Source: Camelus dromedarius (Eukaryota). Taken from it: a stretch of DNA of 64,000 bases. The position numbers and the translations under genes were made by a program. Positions 1-12,465 of the stretch are shown here, piece after piece. The notes below the pieces were generated by a model. The model was not told where the DNA came from. It was given only the letters and a program-made list of their open reading frames with translations, and made no database searches. Position 1 is the first letter of the stretch; each line of letters begins with the position of its first letter. The DNA lies in the NCBI RefSeq assembly GCF_036321535.1, contig NC_087437.1, positions 100,318,001-100,382,000 of the forward strand. The letters are read 5' to 3'.

Positions 1-344
1 GAAGGTCACCACACCTCTTAGAGAAGGCTGTGTGGAAGAAGAGGAACTTGTGGACGTGAACGTTCTGAAATTCTGGATCCGGAAGTGTGTGTGAGTCAGG
101 GAGCAGGGGAGGGGCACGTGGAGCAGGCCTGAGAGCCTGGCCGGAAAGTGCAGAATGTGCTGGGGACAGCGAGTAAACCAGACTTCGTGAAAAGTTAGGT
201 AGAACTGAGTTTTTAAATTTCGCACAAGGATTCCATTATTAGCACAAGGGACACGTCTAAGAATAACACAGGTACATGTTATTAGAGTCTTCTGTATTTT
301 TTCAAGTTAAATACCCTATACATTGAATTTCTTAAGTGAAACAG

Positions 345-680
345 CAGTTGGCCTTCTGTATCTGGGTTTTGCATCCATGGATTCAGCCAACTGTGGATTG
401 AAAATGTTTGGGGAAAAAAATTCTAGGAAATTTCGGAAAGCAAAGTGAATTTCCCACGTGCCATCAGTGATTTACATAGCATTTGCTTTGTGTTACGCAT
501 TATAAGTAACCTAGAGATGATTTAAAGTATATGGGAGGGTGCATGTAAGTTATATGCACGTATGTCATCTTATATGAGGGACGCGAACACGTGCAGCTGC
601 CTCTCCTGGCATCTGAGGAGGGGAAGGAGAAAGGGGGGAGGTCCAGAACTGATGCCCCATGGATACCAACAGATAACGAT
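345..680 (+). mobile_element. MER2/MER2B-like (TcMar-Tigger) non-autonomous DNA transposon
   Basis: Starts CAGTTGGCCTTCTGTATC...GGATTCAGCCAACTGTGGATTGAAAAT and carries the TATAAGTAACCTAGAGATGATTTAAAGTAT block. Similar to the copies at 42338 and 43721. Confidence 0.8.
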
Positions 681-780
681 ATTGCTGTAGAATTTTTCTA
701 ATTACAAAATAATAAGAGCCTAATGTAGAAAACTTGAAAAGCCAAAAGGAGCACCAGGGAGAAAAGTTGCCCGACAACCT

Positions 781-1377
781 TGCTACTGATCCAGGTTCGT
801 TTGGCCAACGTGCAGCAAGACAGACACTGAGATGGTGAGATTTGCAACAGAGAAAGAGTTATTCAGAAATCGGCCAAATGAGGAGGCAGAAGAACAAATC
901 TCAGCCTTGCCTTCCTAAAGGCAAGAGGTTTGAGATGTTTGTGAGACAAAGCAGCAGAGTGCTCGTAGGCATAGGGAAAGGTGATTGGAGTTAGGGAAAA
1001 GGTGAGGTAATCTATGTTTTGTACAGGTGAATCTGAGTTACGTGTTTTTTCATGAGGCACGTGATCTGAGGCTGGGGTTTTCACCCCTCTGACGTCAGAA
1101 GATTGTTCCCTGGTTACCCGCCCGTGCCCAGTTTTAGGGTCGTTGGTCCCACAGGAGCCAACTCCAAGTTCCTGGAAACAACTTAGCTCTCCCATTGCTA
1201 TAGTGACCAGAATGTCAGAGGCATTATCTATAAAGGTGGTTAAGGAGTCAAAAATTAAGGCAGGGGACAAGTGGAGGGGTTTTTAACTAGCTGTTTTCTT
1301 ACATGCTGTTTTGTAGGACTAGCACAAGAATTTCTGTTAGTCACCAGTTTCTGTTAATTCTATGGGACTTGGTTTCA
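781..1377 (-). mobile_element. ERV solo LTR (about 597 bp) with 4-bp TSD
   Basis: TG...CA termini flanked by an ACCT direct repeat (777-780 and 1378-1381). Subfamily not determined. Confidence 0.75.
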
Positions 1378-1553
1378 ACCTCATCTGCAAATACATGTAT
1401 CACACTTTGCCTTTTAATGGTGCCAGAATATTTCATTTAATTGAGAATGCTTCGTAGTAGCTTCATCTGACATTGAATTTAAAAACAAAAATCAATGTTA
1501 ATAAATTAGACCAGGGAGGAAAAACAAGTTCAAATACTTAGAAGAATATTGTT

Positions 1554-1573
1554 TTATATATATATATATATAT
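1554..1573. repeat. (TA)n microsatellite
   Basis: Direct reading. Confidence 0.9.
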
Positions 1574-4314
1574 TTTTACTTACGATCTATATTAAAGAAG
1601 TGGTTATCCAGCCATTTAATGGCTGAATCAGTGCAGTTAGGTAATTAACTATTTTTGGCAAGTACAGGCAATCTGTCCATGATGTATTTGTGACAGAAAA
1701 ATGAAGGAGCTCTCCCAAGTTGTAAATGATTAGGGTCACCTCCTTCAAGGATAATTGCCCTAATTCTGGTGCCAGCCTGACTCATACTCAGCCTGATACC
1801 CTTGTCTCTCCTGTCTTGCTCTTCACTGTCTGCTCCCCCCACCCCCCTCCATGGCAGTACCAGCACCCTGAATGCAGGCTTCTACCTGAGGTCCTGCACA
1901 CCCCCGACTCCTGTGCCGGTGCAGTGCCCATCCCTCTTCAGAGTCCAGGACTGGGTCCTTGATTAAGGTGTATGAATGGAGAGCATGGGTCTTACTCATT
2001 TTTTCTTTCAACTTTCATAACGGCATGTAACAGAGAACCTTTTTATATAACAGGCACTAGGGATGTCTGTTGAATGAAATTGGCACTAATGGGTCATTGA
2101 TTGTGGGGATTAATCCATGACTGGATGGGTAGTTCCATATGATAACTTGGGAAGTTTCCATTGATGATAGAATTTTAGAGCACTTCGTAGACCATAGTAA
2201 GAACTGAATCACTACTGGGCTTTTGCTTTATCATCACTGATACTATGGGTTTATCTGGACGTACCCCCATTGTAAACTGAGGAACATCAGGCTGGCGACG
2301 AATTTTGTCTTCTGAAGAAGGCAGTGCTCTGTCAAAGTTCAAGAGGTGTTCTGAGTGAATGGGTGGGTGGATGTCTGTCTCGGTGTATTCGTGGGAGAGG
2401 GTGAGCTAAGAGCATCCTTCTGCTTCACCATCTTGTCCACTCTCTGAGAGCATGGGTCTTAAATTCTTCTGGCTTAAGACTTATGGGTGAAGCCCTGTGA
2501 CAAGGGGTGTCTAGAGACCAAAAGGTGCAGTGTGTCCTGTAGCCTTGTGTGTCCTTCATGCAAGGAGAACCCAAGGACTTCTGTGCTGAGTGGGAGGCCC
2601 AGCCTCGCTGCCCGCGGGACTTCTGTGCTGAGTGGGAAACCTAGCCTCTAACCTAAAACACAGCAAAAATGAGACCAAAATAAAAGACAGAAAGGCTGGG
2701 GGAGAGATTGATGCAGTAGAGGATGCTTACATAGAATTCTGGCTGCATTATAATGCCAGCTAAACCCTTATTTTAGTGTTTTCAAGCTGGCAGGCAGTGT
2801 GGTAGGGGACTGGGCTGGAGAAATTTTCCATTCTTATTCCCTGTTGTGATCAGGTTAAAGGTTCAACGTGGATAATGCCACCATCCTGGCAGGGTTTTGA
2901 AGAGAAATCAAAATTCCCTGGTAAATGTTACTTCCCCATTTCTTAACTACCGTTTATAAGATTGTTTTCATGGGAAAATACTAAGATAGTTTACAAAAAT
3001 GACTAACAGTGGGGACAGTTTATTTGTCAGGCCCTCCTTGAAAGACTAGTAAAGTGTGTGTATAGCAAAATGAGGGACTGAAAGTACAATGGATTGAACT
3101 TTGTGGCTTTTCACAAGAGAGCCGGTACTTAATACAGAGGAAGAGACAGTCTCATTGGAGGAGTTCCCCGTGTTGCTGTTGACCTGCGAGTGTGGGGGAA
3201 GGTGGAGCAAAGGCGGTGATGGCTTGTGTTTACAGAGGAAGTTCTCGTGGCCCCTTCAGCTGCTGCTTTTTTTACTTAGCAAACTGGTATTGCATCTTCC
3301 TCCATGCAGACACTTAATATATAAATAAAGACTCTAGTGAATTAGGAGTGGGGTCAGCTGGTAGGGGAGGTGGTAATAGGAGAACCCAGGTCCATGCCCT
3401 GGAGAAATTTCTGTAGATGGCACCAGTTCCGGCTTCACTGTTCACAGTAAACATCTCAGATAAAAAATTATTGGCAGTCTTGTTTTCTGATTTGGCCACA
3501 CCACCGCTCTTTGGCCTTTTGGTCTCGGATGGCCACAATGAAGGATTTCATTAGCGAATTAAAGATTATAAAGTTTGTTAAATTAGTTTTAGTGATTGTC
3601 AGAGGTAACAATTATAGTTCTTTTCCAGGTCTAGTTTAACAGAATTTATTTTCCCTCTAAATCTAACCTTTAGTTATTTCCATCAAATCCTGTAACAGTG
3701 GTTCAGAAAATTCAGTGGAATTAGGCAGGGCCTTTGCTGTTAGTCACAGAAGGTTAATTGAAAGGTCCTGTTAACCTGGCTGGACACACACATCTTAAGA
3801 GGTTTATTTTATGATCTTATCTATTAGAGCGTAGAACCTTCAGGTGCCCCCAACTTAGTATATGAAGACCAAAGAATGTTTTGTTGTTAAATTCCACAGG
3901 TAAATTATCATGAGCCCTTTTTGGGGAGTAGTAGTGTTGGTATGTACTTGATTTTACACACTTGATTGGCTAACTGCATCCTCTTGAGGCAGCTGAAAAA
4001 TAGTGTTATCACAAATCTGTGTTCTTGTCCAGTTTCACCCAATCACTCTGATGTAGGGCTGTATTGCTAAATCATTGTGGGGCTTGGTTTCCCCATTTAA
4101 AATGGCAGTGTGCGACCATACTCAAGTATCATATTGGTCTCTTCCTGTTTTCTTGATCTGTGGTTTGCATAACTATAGATTTCCTCGTGTCACTGTGTCC
4201 TTATTCTTTTTTCTGATCCCACAGTACCATGGTGTACCCAGAGCTCCTAATGAGACAGGGTTTGCTTGCTTGCTTGTGTGTTTTCCTCCCTGTCTTATTT
4301 TGATTTTCTTTTAG

Positions 4315-4519
4315 ATTATTTTATATTCTGGAGACAAAATTTATGATGACTACTATCAAGATCTGAAGGGACGAGTACATTTTACAAGTAGTGATCTCAA
4401 ATCTGGTGATGCATCAATAAACGTAACAAACTTACAGTTGTCAGATATTGGCACCTATCAGTGCAAAGTGAAAAAAGCTCCTGGTGTTGGAAATAAGAAG
4501 ATTCAGCTTACAGTTCTTG
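4315..4519 (+). CDS. CXADR: CXADR exon 3 (Ig V-type D1 domain, C-terminal part), 205 bp
   Basis: Acceptor ttttctttTAG|ATT and donor CTTG|GTAAGT. Translates [68 protein letters not shown], recognisable CAR D1 including the NVT glycosylation sequon. Confidence 0.98.
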
Positions 4520-6181
4520 GTAAGTTATTTATGTTAATGTTACTTATTAACAGAGCGAGTGGTCACAGCATCATTTATGTGAGACAAAGCTTAGTTTTTC
4601 AGAGTAATAATTTTAAATATCTGAAGTAATTCTGAAGTCCTCAAGTAGCATAAAACTTGCTTTTTTTGGATAGAAAAAAATGTGACCAACTTCTTTGTGA
4701 AATTCATGGAGGAATTTGAAAGAAAACGAAGAAATTCTGTGATTCAGGATAAGAACCCTAAGCCAGGAGTTAGAAGATCCAGGTTTTTTTGTGTGTCATC
4801 CTCCGATTTGCCCTGAGAAGTAAATAGAACCTCTTCATTTCCTGGGCCTCAGCCTACGTTTTTGAAACATAAAAAGAGTTAATTATCTTTAAATCTTTAT
4901 GTAGTCTCATTCAGTTCAAAATTGTTTGTTTTGTGAGCTTTAAGGTTTTTCAAACTGCATTTCCCAAAGAATAAATGTGATTTTTTTTATGATGAATAAT
5001 TGGAGAATTCAGAACAAAGGAAATGGAATGTGGTAGAAGGAATATTGAGTTGGGATGAGGCCATTAAACCTCAGATGGTCATTTAACCTCCCTGAGCATC
5101 ACTGTTTTTCATCCTTAAAGTGAGGAGATGAGACAGATGGTCAATAGGATGTAGCTCTCCAGGATGTTAAGGTGGTAAATATCAACTGCTCTGTAAACAG
5201 TCCAAGATTGCAAAGTGTATCATCCTTCTCTAGATGTGGTCATGCACAAGCACTCTAATGCCTGCAAACTGAAAAACTGAAAGGTGTGTTGTTCATAAAT
5301 ATACTTTTAAAATCTTTTGTGGTGGGCTTTACACAAAAGTACAATGGCTGCCATGTAGAAAATCACAACTGTCTAGCTCTGTTCTGTGACAGTCAATTTC
5401 CCCTGTCACCTAAGGTATCAGGTTTGGGGGGACCTTTAGGGACCCACTTTATGTGGGAAATGCTGCTTGCTGGAGTTGCCTGCCACACTCATCTGGTGGA
5501 GTCTCCCCCGCATTAACGTCTACCTCATTGCATTTGTTTCAGAGAACTGATGAGAGTCAGGTGTGTTGGGTTCCAGGCCCATTATGAGTATCATTCTCTT
5601 CTGAAGAATGAGTATCAGAGCAGGTAGAGACTAGGAACAGGAATGCAGTTTTGTTGTGCACCCCAGTGGCAACTTCAGGGTGTCTTGGTGGGTAAGGCAG
5701 TGTCCTGGCAATGTCATTGAGTGGACACACAAGAAGTTCCTGGAAAAAGGCACTCTTTGTTAAATGGAACTCATTCAGAATATTTCCTGTGGTTTGAAAG
5801 CAAGCGAACCTGAACAAGGAGCCAGGAAGAGAAATATGGTAGCATTGGAAATTCTAGCCTTTCGTGTGTACGGTCAGTAAACATGAGGTCACCTCCTTTT
5901 TTATAAATGTGAAAGCACATAAAATTTAATAACTTGTCTGGACTTTTACCCAAGGCTCAGGCAGACCTGGGATTATAACCCTGACTATATGTTTAAACAC
6001 TGCTCTCCAGGAAGCATTGAGTTAGGATACATATGGAACTTTAACTGGTTCATGATGTACCAAGCAGATTATACATGTTTGTCGGAATTATTTATTGTGA
6101 AATCCCTCTTTGATGGGGGCAGGTACACTGGGAGGAATGCGGTTAGCATGTGTTCCCAGAAGAGGTGTAGACAGGCACTCA

Positions 6182-6211
6182 GTGTGTGTGTGTGCGTGTG
6201 TGTGTGTGTGT
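6182..6211. repeat. (GT)n microsatellite, one interruption
   Basis: Direct reading. Confidence 0.9.
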
Positions 6212-6787
6212 ATGAGTGATTGAGTGTGATCCCGGAAGACCAGGTTCTGCATTGAATTTGCAGGTGACAACTGAAGGGGTGATTACAGCACAAGGCAGCA
6301 CATATCCCAAAAAGAAGGGAATGGAGGTGGACTGTAGTGGGGCATGTCCTGTGGCCAGGCACACTGGAGGCAGCAGTCGTGACTGTTGGCCAGGAGTCAG
6401 GGCCCTTTATATGAAACCTCAGGCCCCCAACATCTCATTCCCCAGCCTGGATCAGTGGAAAGCCTTGACCCAGCAACTTGTTTTGTTAGCTCTCTAGGGG
6501 ATCACCATGTCCAAGCAAGCCCTGAGTTCAGACCAGGGAGGAAGAGGGATTAAATGAGGGGTAAGGGGAGAAAAGGGGAAGTGGGGATGACTAATCCTCT
6601 GACCTGGCAAGGCTGTCTCAGAGCCAGAGGAGAGTTTCTTGTAGTTCTCTCTCCCATATTTTCAGCTGCGTCATGACCATTGCTGCGGGTGAAAACACCA
6701 GAATTTTCAGTTGGCAGTGAGAGCTGGACAGAAGCTTCATCTGATTTTTCTGAGAATCCTTAGACAATCTGGAGGAAAGATTAAGTA

Positions 6788-6806
6788 CAGTGCCCTCTAG
6801 GGGCCA
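6788..6806 (-). promoter_or_regulatory. Candidate CTCF motif (CXADR intron 3)
   Basis: Minus strand TGGCCCCTAGAGGGCACTG, one mismatch to the CCASYAGRKGGCRS core. Confidence 0.5.
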
Positions 6807-7344
6807 GGCTGAGCGGTGGTCCGGTGGAGCGCCTGCTCGCTGCACAGCATCTGTGTCCTACTTTGATTCATTTGTGGGAAATCTGAAGATGCCACCATGG
6901 GGTTCACTGAGCCGTGGGCGCTGTGCAGGCATGAACCAGGATGACCGTGTCGCTGCCTGGGTGTGAGGGGTGGCAGGTTGCTGTAACGTGCTCCATTGCT
7001 TGGCCCGTTGTGCTCTTAAAGATACACCAGACGTGCACATGGGTGCTGGTCAATAAGAAGCTGAAAGGGGGTGAAGATGACGAAAGGAACTGATAAAGGG
7101 TTAATGTGATGGCGGCATAACTAGCACCTTCCCTCATTACTCTGAAAAAGCCTATTATTGAGACCTTTTGCTCTACATAGACTGGGTTGTTTTGAAGAGG
7201 AGAGCTCGTGCATTTAAGTTTCCCAGATGTGTATGGTGCCCTCAGACTACAGCCACACTGCCAGAACACAGTGGCAACAGCATGTGTGGTGACTCAGTCA
7301 ACAGTAGGACTTGCAAGCCATTGGTGCAGAGGAGGACTTTCCCC

Positions 7345-7800
7345 AACTTTTTAATAGTTTTATAGAAAAGTTTCAAAAATACTAGAGAGTTCATGATAAT
7401 ATATCCATCATCTGATTTCTCCTAATGTTAACGTCTTGGAAAATTTTATTACAATTACCAAAACCAAGAAATTAATGTTAGGACAGTACTATTAACTAAA
7501 CTACAGACCTTATTTGAATTTCATAGCTTTCTGTTTGTGTCCTTTTGTGTTGGGATCAAGTCTAAGATCCACACTGCATTTACATCTCCTTAGTCTCCTC
7601 CAGTTGTGTCAAGGGACACATGATGTCCTGTGTCATTAATCATGATCACTTGGTTTAAGTTTTATCTGATGGGTTTCTCCACTTTAAAAATTACTGTTTT
7701 TCCTTCTGGAATTAAAAAATGCCTTGGGGGAGCCACTTTGAGAGTATACAAATACCTGTTCCTCTTCAGACTTTTTGCCCATTGATTTCTTTAGCGTCTA
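7345..7800 (-). mobile_element. Old L1 (L1M-type) 3' fragment
   Basis: Resembles an ancient L1 3'UTR (ACTATTAACTAAACTACAGACCTTATTTGAATTTC...). By eye only. Confidence 0.5.
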
Positions 7801-9474
7801 TGCATGGATTTCGCCAGGAGTCAGCATGTTTTGAACCAAGGAAAAATAGCATTCCTGGGTGGATGACATGATGGTAAAAGAATGATCTGTCCCATGTAGG
7901 GATTTAGAGTGTGTTTCCTGTAGACTGAGGTAGGCCACTAGCATGCAAGGATGATTTTGTGCAATACATGCATGGAGCACAGCATTGCTGACTGGTGGGA
8001 CATTGACCAAGTAGAAGTTGACAGTCATGTACCCTTACCTGAGAAGGACTGCTGGCTTTGCTAATGATCGTGGTGGCAAATGTTCTGAGGACAATGGCCA
8101 GGTATCCTGGAACCCCAGACCAAAGAGGATACAATTTTATCTGTGTTCCCTTTGTGGTTTTACCCTTTCTATTAATCCAGCAAAGTTCCTTGCATTGAGT
8201 TAATCTTCCCCTTGTGATAATTTTCGGGTTGGTATGTAAAAAATTTGCACACTCTCCTCCCACTGGAAAGCAGGTGGGCCATTCTAAAAGCAACATTCAG
8301 AAACCAGTGTCAGGAAGATCTTGTTCTGTTGAGGACGGAGTATGCTGAGATCTCAGATTCACTGGGGCCCTGAATTTCTTGAGCAGCCAGTTTAAGTACT
8401 GTGCATTGTTGGATATGTTTGGTATATGGGAAAGGGACACACTTAGAGTAGAAAAGTGGAAGGTTAGGGATAGAATATTGTATTACCAGTAGATGTTTGA
8501 TGTACAGAGCATTGCTTCAGTGTCTCACGTACTGCTAGTTTATGTACTGAAGGACTTATTGGTAATTTGAAGAAATGGAGAACGAGGCTCATTTTGTTGA
8601 AGACTCAGAGTGTGAAATAATTTGCCAAACTGATTTAAAAATCCAGTAGGCGTAGTCTGCAGGGCAGCTGATCAATCTGAAAAAGAAACAGATTTGCTTA
8701 GGAAAGTCAACAACGCCGTTAAATGCATGTGTTGATCCTTATTGAAGAATACAGTAGTAACAGAAACATCCAATCAAATTTAAGAATTATCAGGAAATGT
8801 GTGATGTGAGGTCATGACTGACAGCCTCAACAGCCTCAGTTAAAGGTGCCCCACTGGGTATGGCCGACACTTGGCCAGTCTGACACTTTCTTACAGAGCT
8901 AATCATCCACTTACCTCATATGACCCCACAGTTACCGAGAAAGGAAAACATACACACCAGTATTTACATGAGTGTTGAAGCAGTGATGTTCGTTATAGTG
9001 CAAAACTGTAAAACTCATTCACGTTTCTTCATAGTAGTGAAAGAATATAAGCTCATCCAGGACTTGGAAGAATGAAGATCACGTCCGACTGAAAAAGCAA
9101 AAGTCCTGCCGTTTACCAGGCCGGGGGGAGCGATGCAGGTAGCGCCAGTTGCAGGGCGTGTAGGGAACATGTCTCCCCCAAGGTCATGAAGCATTAGTGA
9201 CCGGTCGGCTACTGCTGTCTCCCCTCTGCGGCCCCCAGACCCACTTTGCACCACTCATCCTTTACTAGAGCCTCAGTTCCTAGATGGCTTTCATTTCCAG
9301 TTTAATCCCTGCTTCTCCTAATCCTGCCTCAGAAAAGGCATCAGATTCAGAACTGATCTCTGCTTCTTGAAGACTCTCAGAATCCTTCAGCATCCCCCTC
9401 CCCCCTTATCCAGTGACACTCCCCAGCTCCTCACAGTGCCAGGCTACACACCTGCTCTTCATCAGTCTAGCCCC

Positions 9475-9880
9475 CCAAACGGGAATAGCATTTACCGGTA
9501 CATTAATGAACAAACAAATTTATACTACAGTCAGTCAATGGGATGCAACTCAGCAATAAAAGAGAATGAACTGTTACATCTAGAACAACATAGATCAGTT
9601 GGATCAATCTCAGAAGCCTTACAATGAATAAACGAACAAGACGAAAGTGCATACTGTGTTATTCCACTTGTATGACTCACGAAGAAGCAGAACTAATCTA
9701 TAGCAAGAGAATTCTGATCAGTGGCTGCCTGGGCCAGGACTGTGGAGTGAGACCAACTGCAACCAGCATGAGGGAACTTGCTTGGGAGAGGATTGGAGTG
9801 GTGCTTAACGGGCGTATGTTGAAAGTGATCAGCCCACATGATTAAAATGTGTTCGTTTTATCATAGGTGTAGCATGCCTT
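9475..9880 (+). mobile_element. Old L1M 3'UTR fragment
   Basis: CAACTCAGCAATAAAAGAGAATGAACTG...GCATACTGTGTTATTCCACTT...AACTAATCTATAG, typical L1M 3' motifs. Confidence 0.6.
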
Positions 9881-10555
9881 GACACAGTTCAGCCGAGGAG
9901 TATGAAGTGCCAGGGTGTTACCCTGCTCCCCACACCAACACTAGGTTAGCAGCTGCTCTAAACAGCTGCGCAGAGAGACCTGGAATATGACCTCAAATCT
10001 GCCTTTTTGTAACACTGCTCTCGATGGTTTTGGATTGATGGTGTAAACGTAGAATGTTAATTGGTCCTTCCTGCACTAGGAAATCGTACCTCTTACCAGC
10101 ATTATTTATTATAACCCCCCTGATTGGTTAACAGTGCGCAGAGGGGTGTGACCGCACGTACTCCCTGAGGGCCGCGCTGCGTGACAAGCTCGGAGTAGAA
10201 GAATAGGTTAGGAATGGAGGGGCCGCTTCCTTGGGCCTAAAGCAGCCCAGCCTGCGTCACCCTTGCTTTTTCAGAAGTGCCCCATGGAATGGAGGGGCAC
10301 GGAGCCGCGCCCGAGATGCTGCCTGGCCTCCTGCAGTGGCTGCTTGCCTGAGCTCTTTCTTGCCTGTTGTGTGCTGGATAAAGCTGAGCCACCTAGTGTT
10401 GACATCCTGTTGTATGTAGTCTCTCAGTCTTGTCCGCTCTGAACCCAGGACCGCCTGATGTCGAGTCCGTGGCTGTGCGGCATGCTGCGTGTTTATCGTT
10501 ATAAACATACATTCTATCCTCTTATATGAAGTTATAACTTACTTCTTTTTCTCAG

Positions 10556-10711
10556 TTAAGCCTTCAGGTACAAGATGTTACGTTGATGGATCAGAAGAAA
10601 TTGGAAATGACTTTAAACTAAAATGTGAACCAAAAGAAGGTTCACTTCCATTACGATATGAATGGCAAAAGTTGTCCAACTCACAGAAACTGCCCACCTC
10701 ATGGTTAGCAG
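10556..10711 (+). CDS. CXADR: CXADR exon 4 (Ig C2-type D2 domain, first half), 156 bp
   Basis: Acceptor ttttctCAG|TT and donor GCAG|GTACTG. (V)[51 protein letters not shown]; phase matches exon 3. Confidence 0.98.
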
Positions 10712-11668
10712 GTACTGCTGATTGTACAGTTTGAACTGTTTGCCATTGATTTGGACTTATATCTAGTAGGGTTTGTGCATGTATGTGTATATTTTTTTAA
10801 TTTCCAAATGCCTTCCCCTTTTTTGTGTAATATGAACAATCAGGATTCCATGGGACTTACTCAGCATTTTGTAATGACAGCTTAGTGTCATGTAGTATAA
10901 ATGAAGAGGTACTTTTATAATGATCACTGTTTACGGTTTATAATTGATTTCTTTGGTATATATATATTTAATTGATGGTAATATTGATGGAAACTCTTCA
11001 TTATCATGAATTAGTGGCTACGTTATAACAAGAGTTGGATCTTAAGTGTTTTGTCTGGATTCACGTTGAAGATATGGTTATTTACCCATGGTGTGTCTGT
11101 AAAACCAAACAAAAAAATCCTATGTGACGTTAACCAGAAAGATTCAAATTGGCTAAATCTGATCACTCATCTGTTTGTTATAATTGACCTGTTATTCAAA
11201 CTGATACCATACTCCACCCTCCCCGCCGTGGTCTTAACCAGGATTCTCTCTGCATCTTGTTCTTTTTATCAAACTGAGAGGCCAAACTGTATGACCCCTT
11301 CTAACTTTCTATGTTTCCTCCATCTGGAGGGATGAAACAGGTTTGCATATCTTGCTGCTGTGCCTAAGAGCCTTGGTGGCGTGGAATATTTTTTATAATC
11401 AGTGTGACTCTGCTTCAGCGGAGACTCAGTGCACCTGACTGAGGCGGCCGTGATTACTTTTTTGCTTTGGTATAAATGAGCTGGAGGCACAATTGTTTGC
11501 ATTGTAGAGACATGCATGTATCTCACTGATAGTTTGTTCTGCATCTAGCTTCACTCTGCCTTGCTTTTTTACCTGTATCGTCAAACCGATAGGGTTTGCC
11601 TTTACTAAAAACTCAGCAATGTGATAGTATAAAAATGGATTTTGGTCCCTCCCCGCCTCTTCCTACAG

Positions 11669-11791
11669 AAATGAATTCACCTGTTATATCCGTAAAAAAC
11701 GCCACTACTGAGTACTCTGGGACATACAGCTGTACAGTCAAAAACAGAGTGGGCTCTGATCAGTGTCTGCTACGCCTGGACGTTGTTCCTC
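11669..11791 (+). CDS. CXADR: CXADR exon 5 (D2 second half), 123 bp
   Basis: Acceptor ttcctaCAG|AA and donor CCTC|GTAAGT. (E)[40 protein letters not shown] with an NAT sequon. Confidence 0.98.
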
Positions 11792-12326
11792 GTAAGTGTC
11801 TTCTTCCTGTTGTTGTGATGGTGGTCCCATTACCTTTATGTAGCCTCCTGTGGTTCAGTCGGCAAATACACATTAAGGGCCAGGGAATGCTGACTGAGCA
11901 AAGCCCTCTGTGGCTTGGTTAGCTTTCCTAAGTCATGGAAAGGAAAAAGGTACTACATTTTGTTAATTAAACTTTCTTTATTATTGTAATGACATTAAGA
12001 AGGTAAGAGTTTCCAAATCAGTTCTTGTGCCATATCTAGCCAATGGAAGTACAGACTGTTTGGAACATTCTTATATGCCAACTTAAAGTCTTGTAGAGTG
12101 GTCTTACTGTTTTTATCCTTGAAGTAGATTACATAGTTCAGAAGAAAGTTTTTACTGGATTTTCCCCCCAGCAGAAAAAGCTAATTAATTTGTCTATTAA
12201 AGTTAATATATGCAATGAAATCAGTCTGTCATTGTGTGTCATTACCTTCAGTATGACTAGATGGAAGGGTTTGTTTTGTTTTTTGTTTTTACTGTTAATT
12301 ACTTTCTTACTAACATCTTATTCTAG

Positions 12327-12465
12327 CTTCAAACAGAGCTGGGACAATTGCGGGAGCTGTTATAGGAATTTTGCTAGCCCTCGTGCTCATTGGTCTTATC
12401 GTCTTTTGCTGTCATAAAAAGCGCAGAGAAAAAAAATATGAAAAGGAAGTTCATCATGATATCAG
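12327..12465 (+). CDS. CXADR: CXADR exon 6 (transmembrane helix and juxtamembrane Cys-Cys), 139 bp
   Basis: Acceptor ttcTAG|CT and donor ATCAG|GTAATT. (P)[45 protein letters not shown](R). The ORF track lists only another frame here. Confidence 0.97.

Noticed and set aside
863..1270. 135-aa minus-strand ORF
   Set aside because: Entirely inside a solo LTR, has a non-ATG start and no gag/pol/env features.
2575..2648. Repeat-spacer-repeat resembling a CRISPR array
   Set aside because: Only two copies, the 'spacers' resemble each other, the context is a mammalian intron and there are no cas genes.
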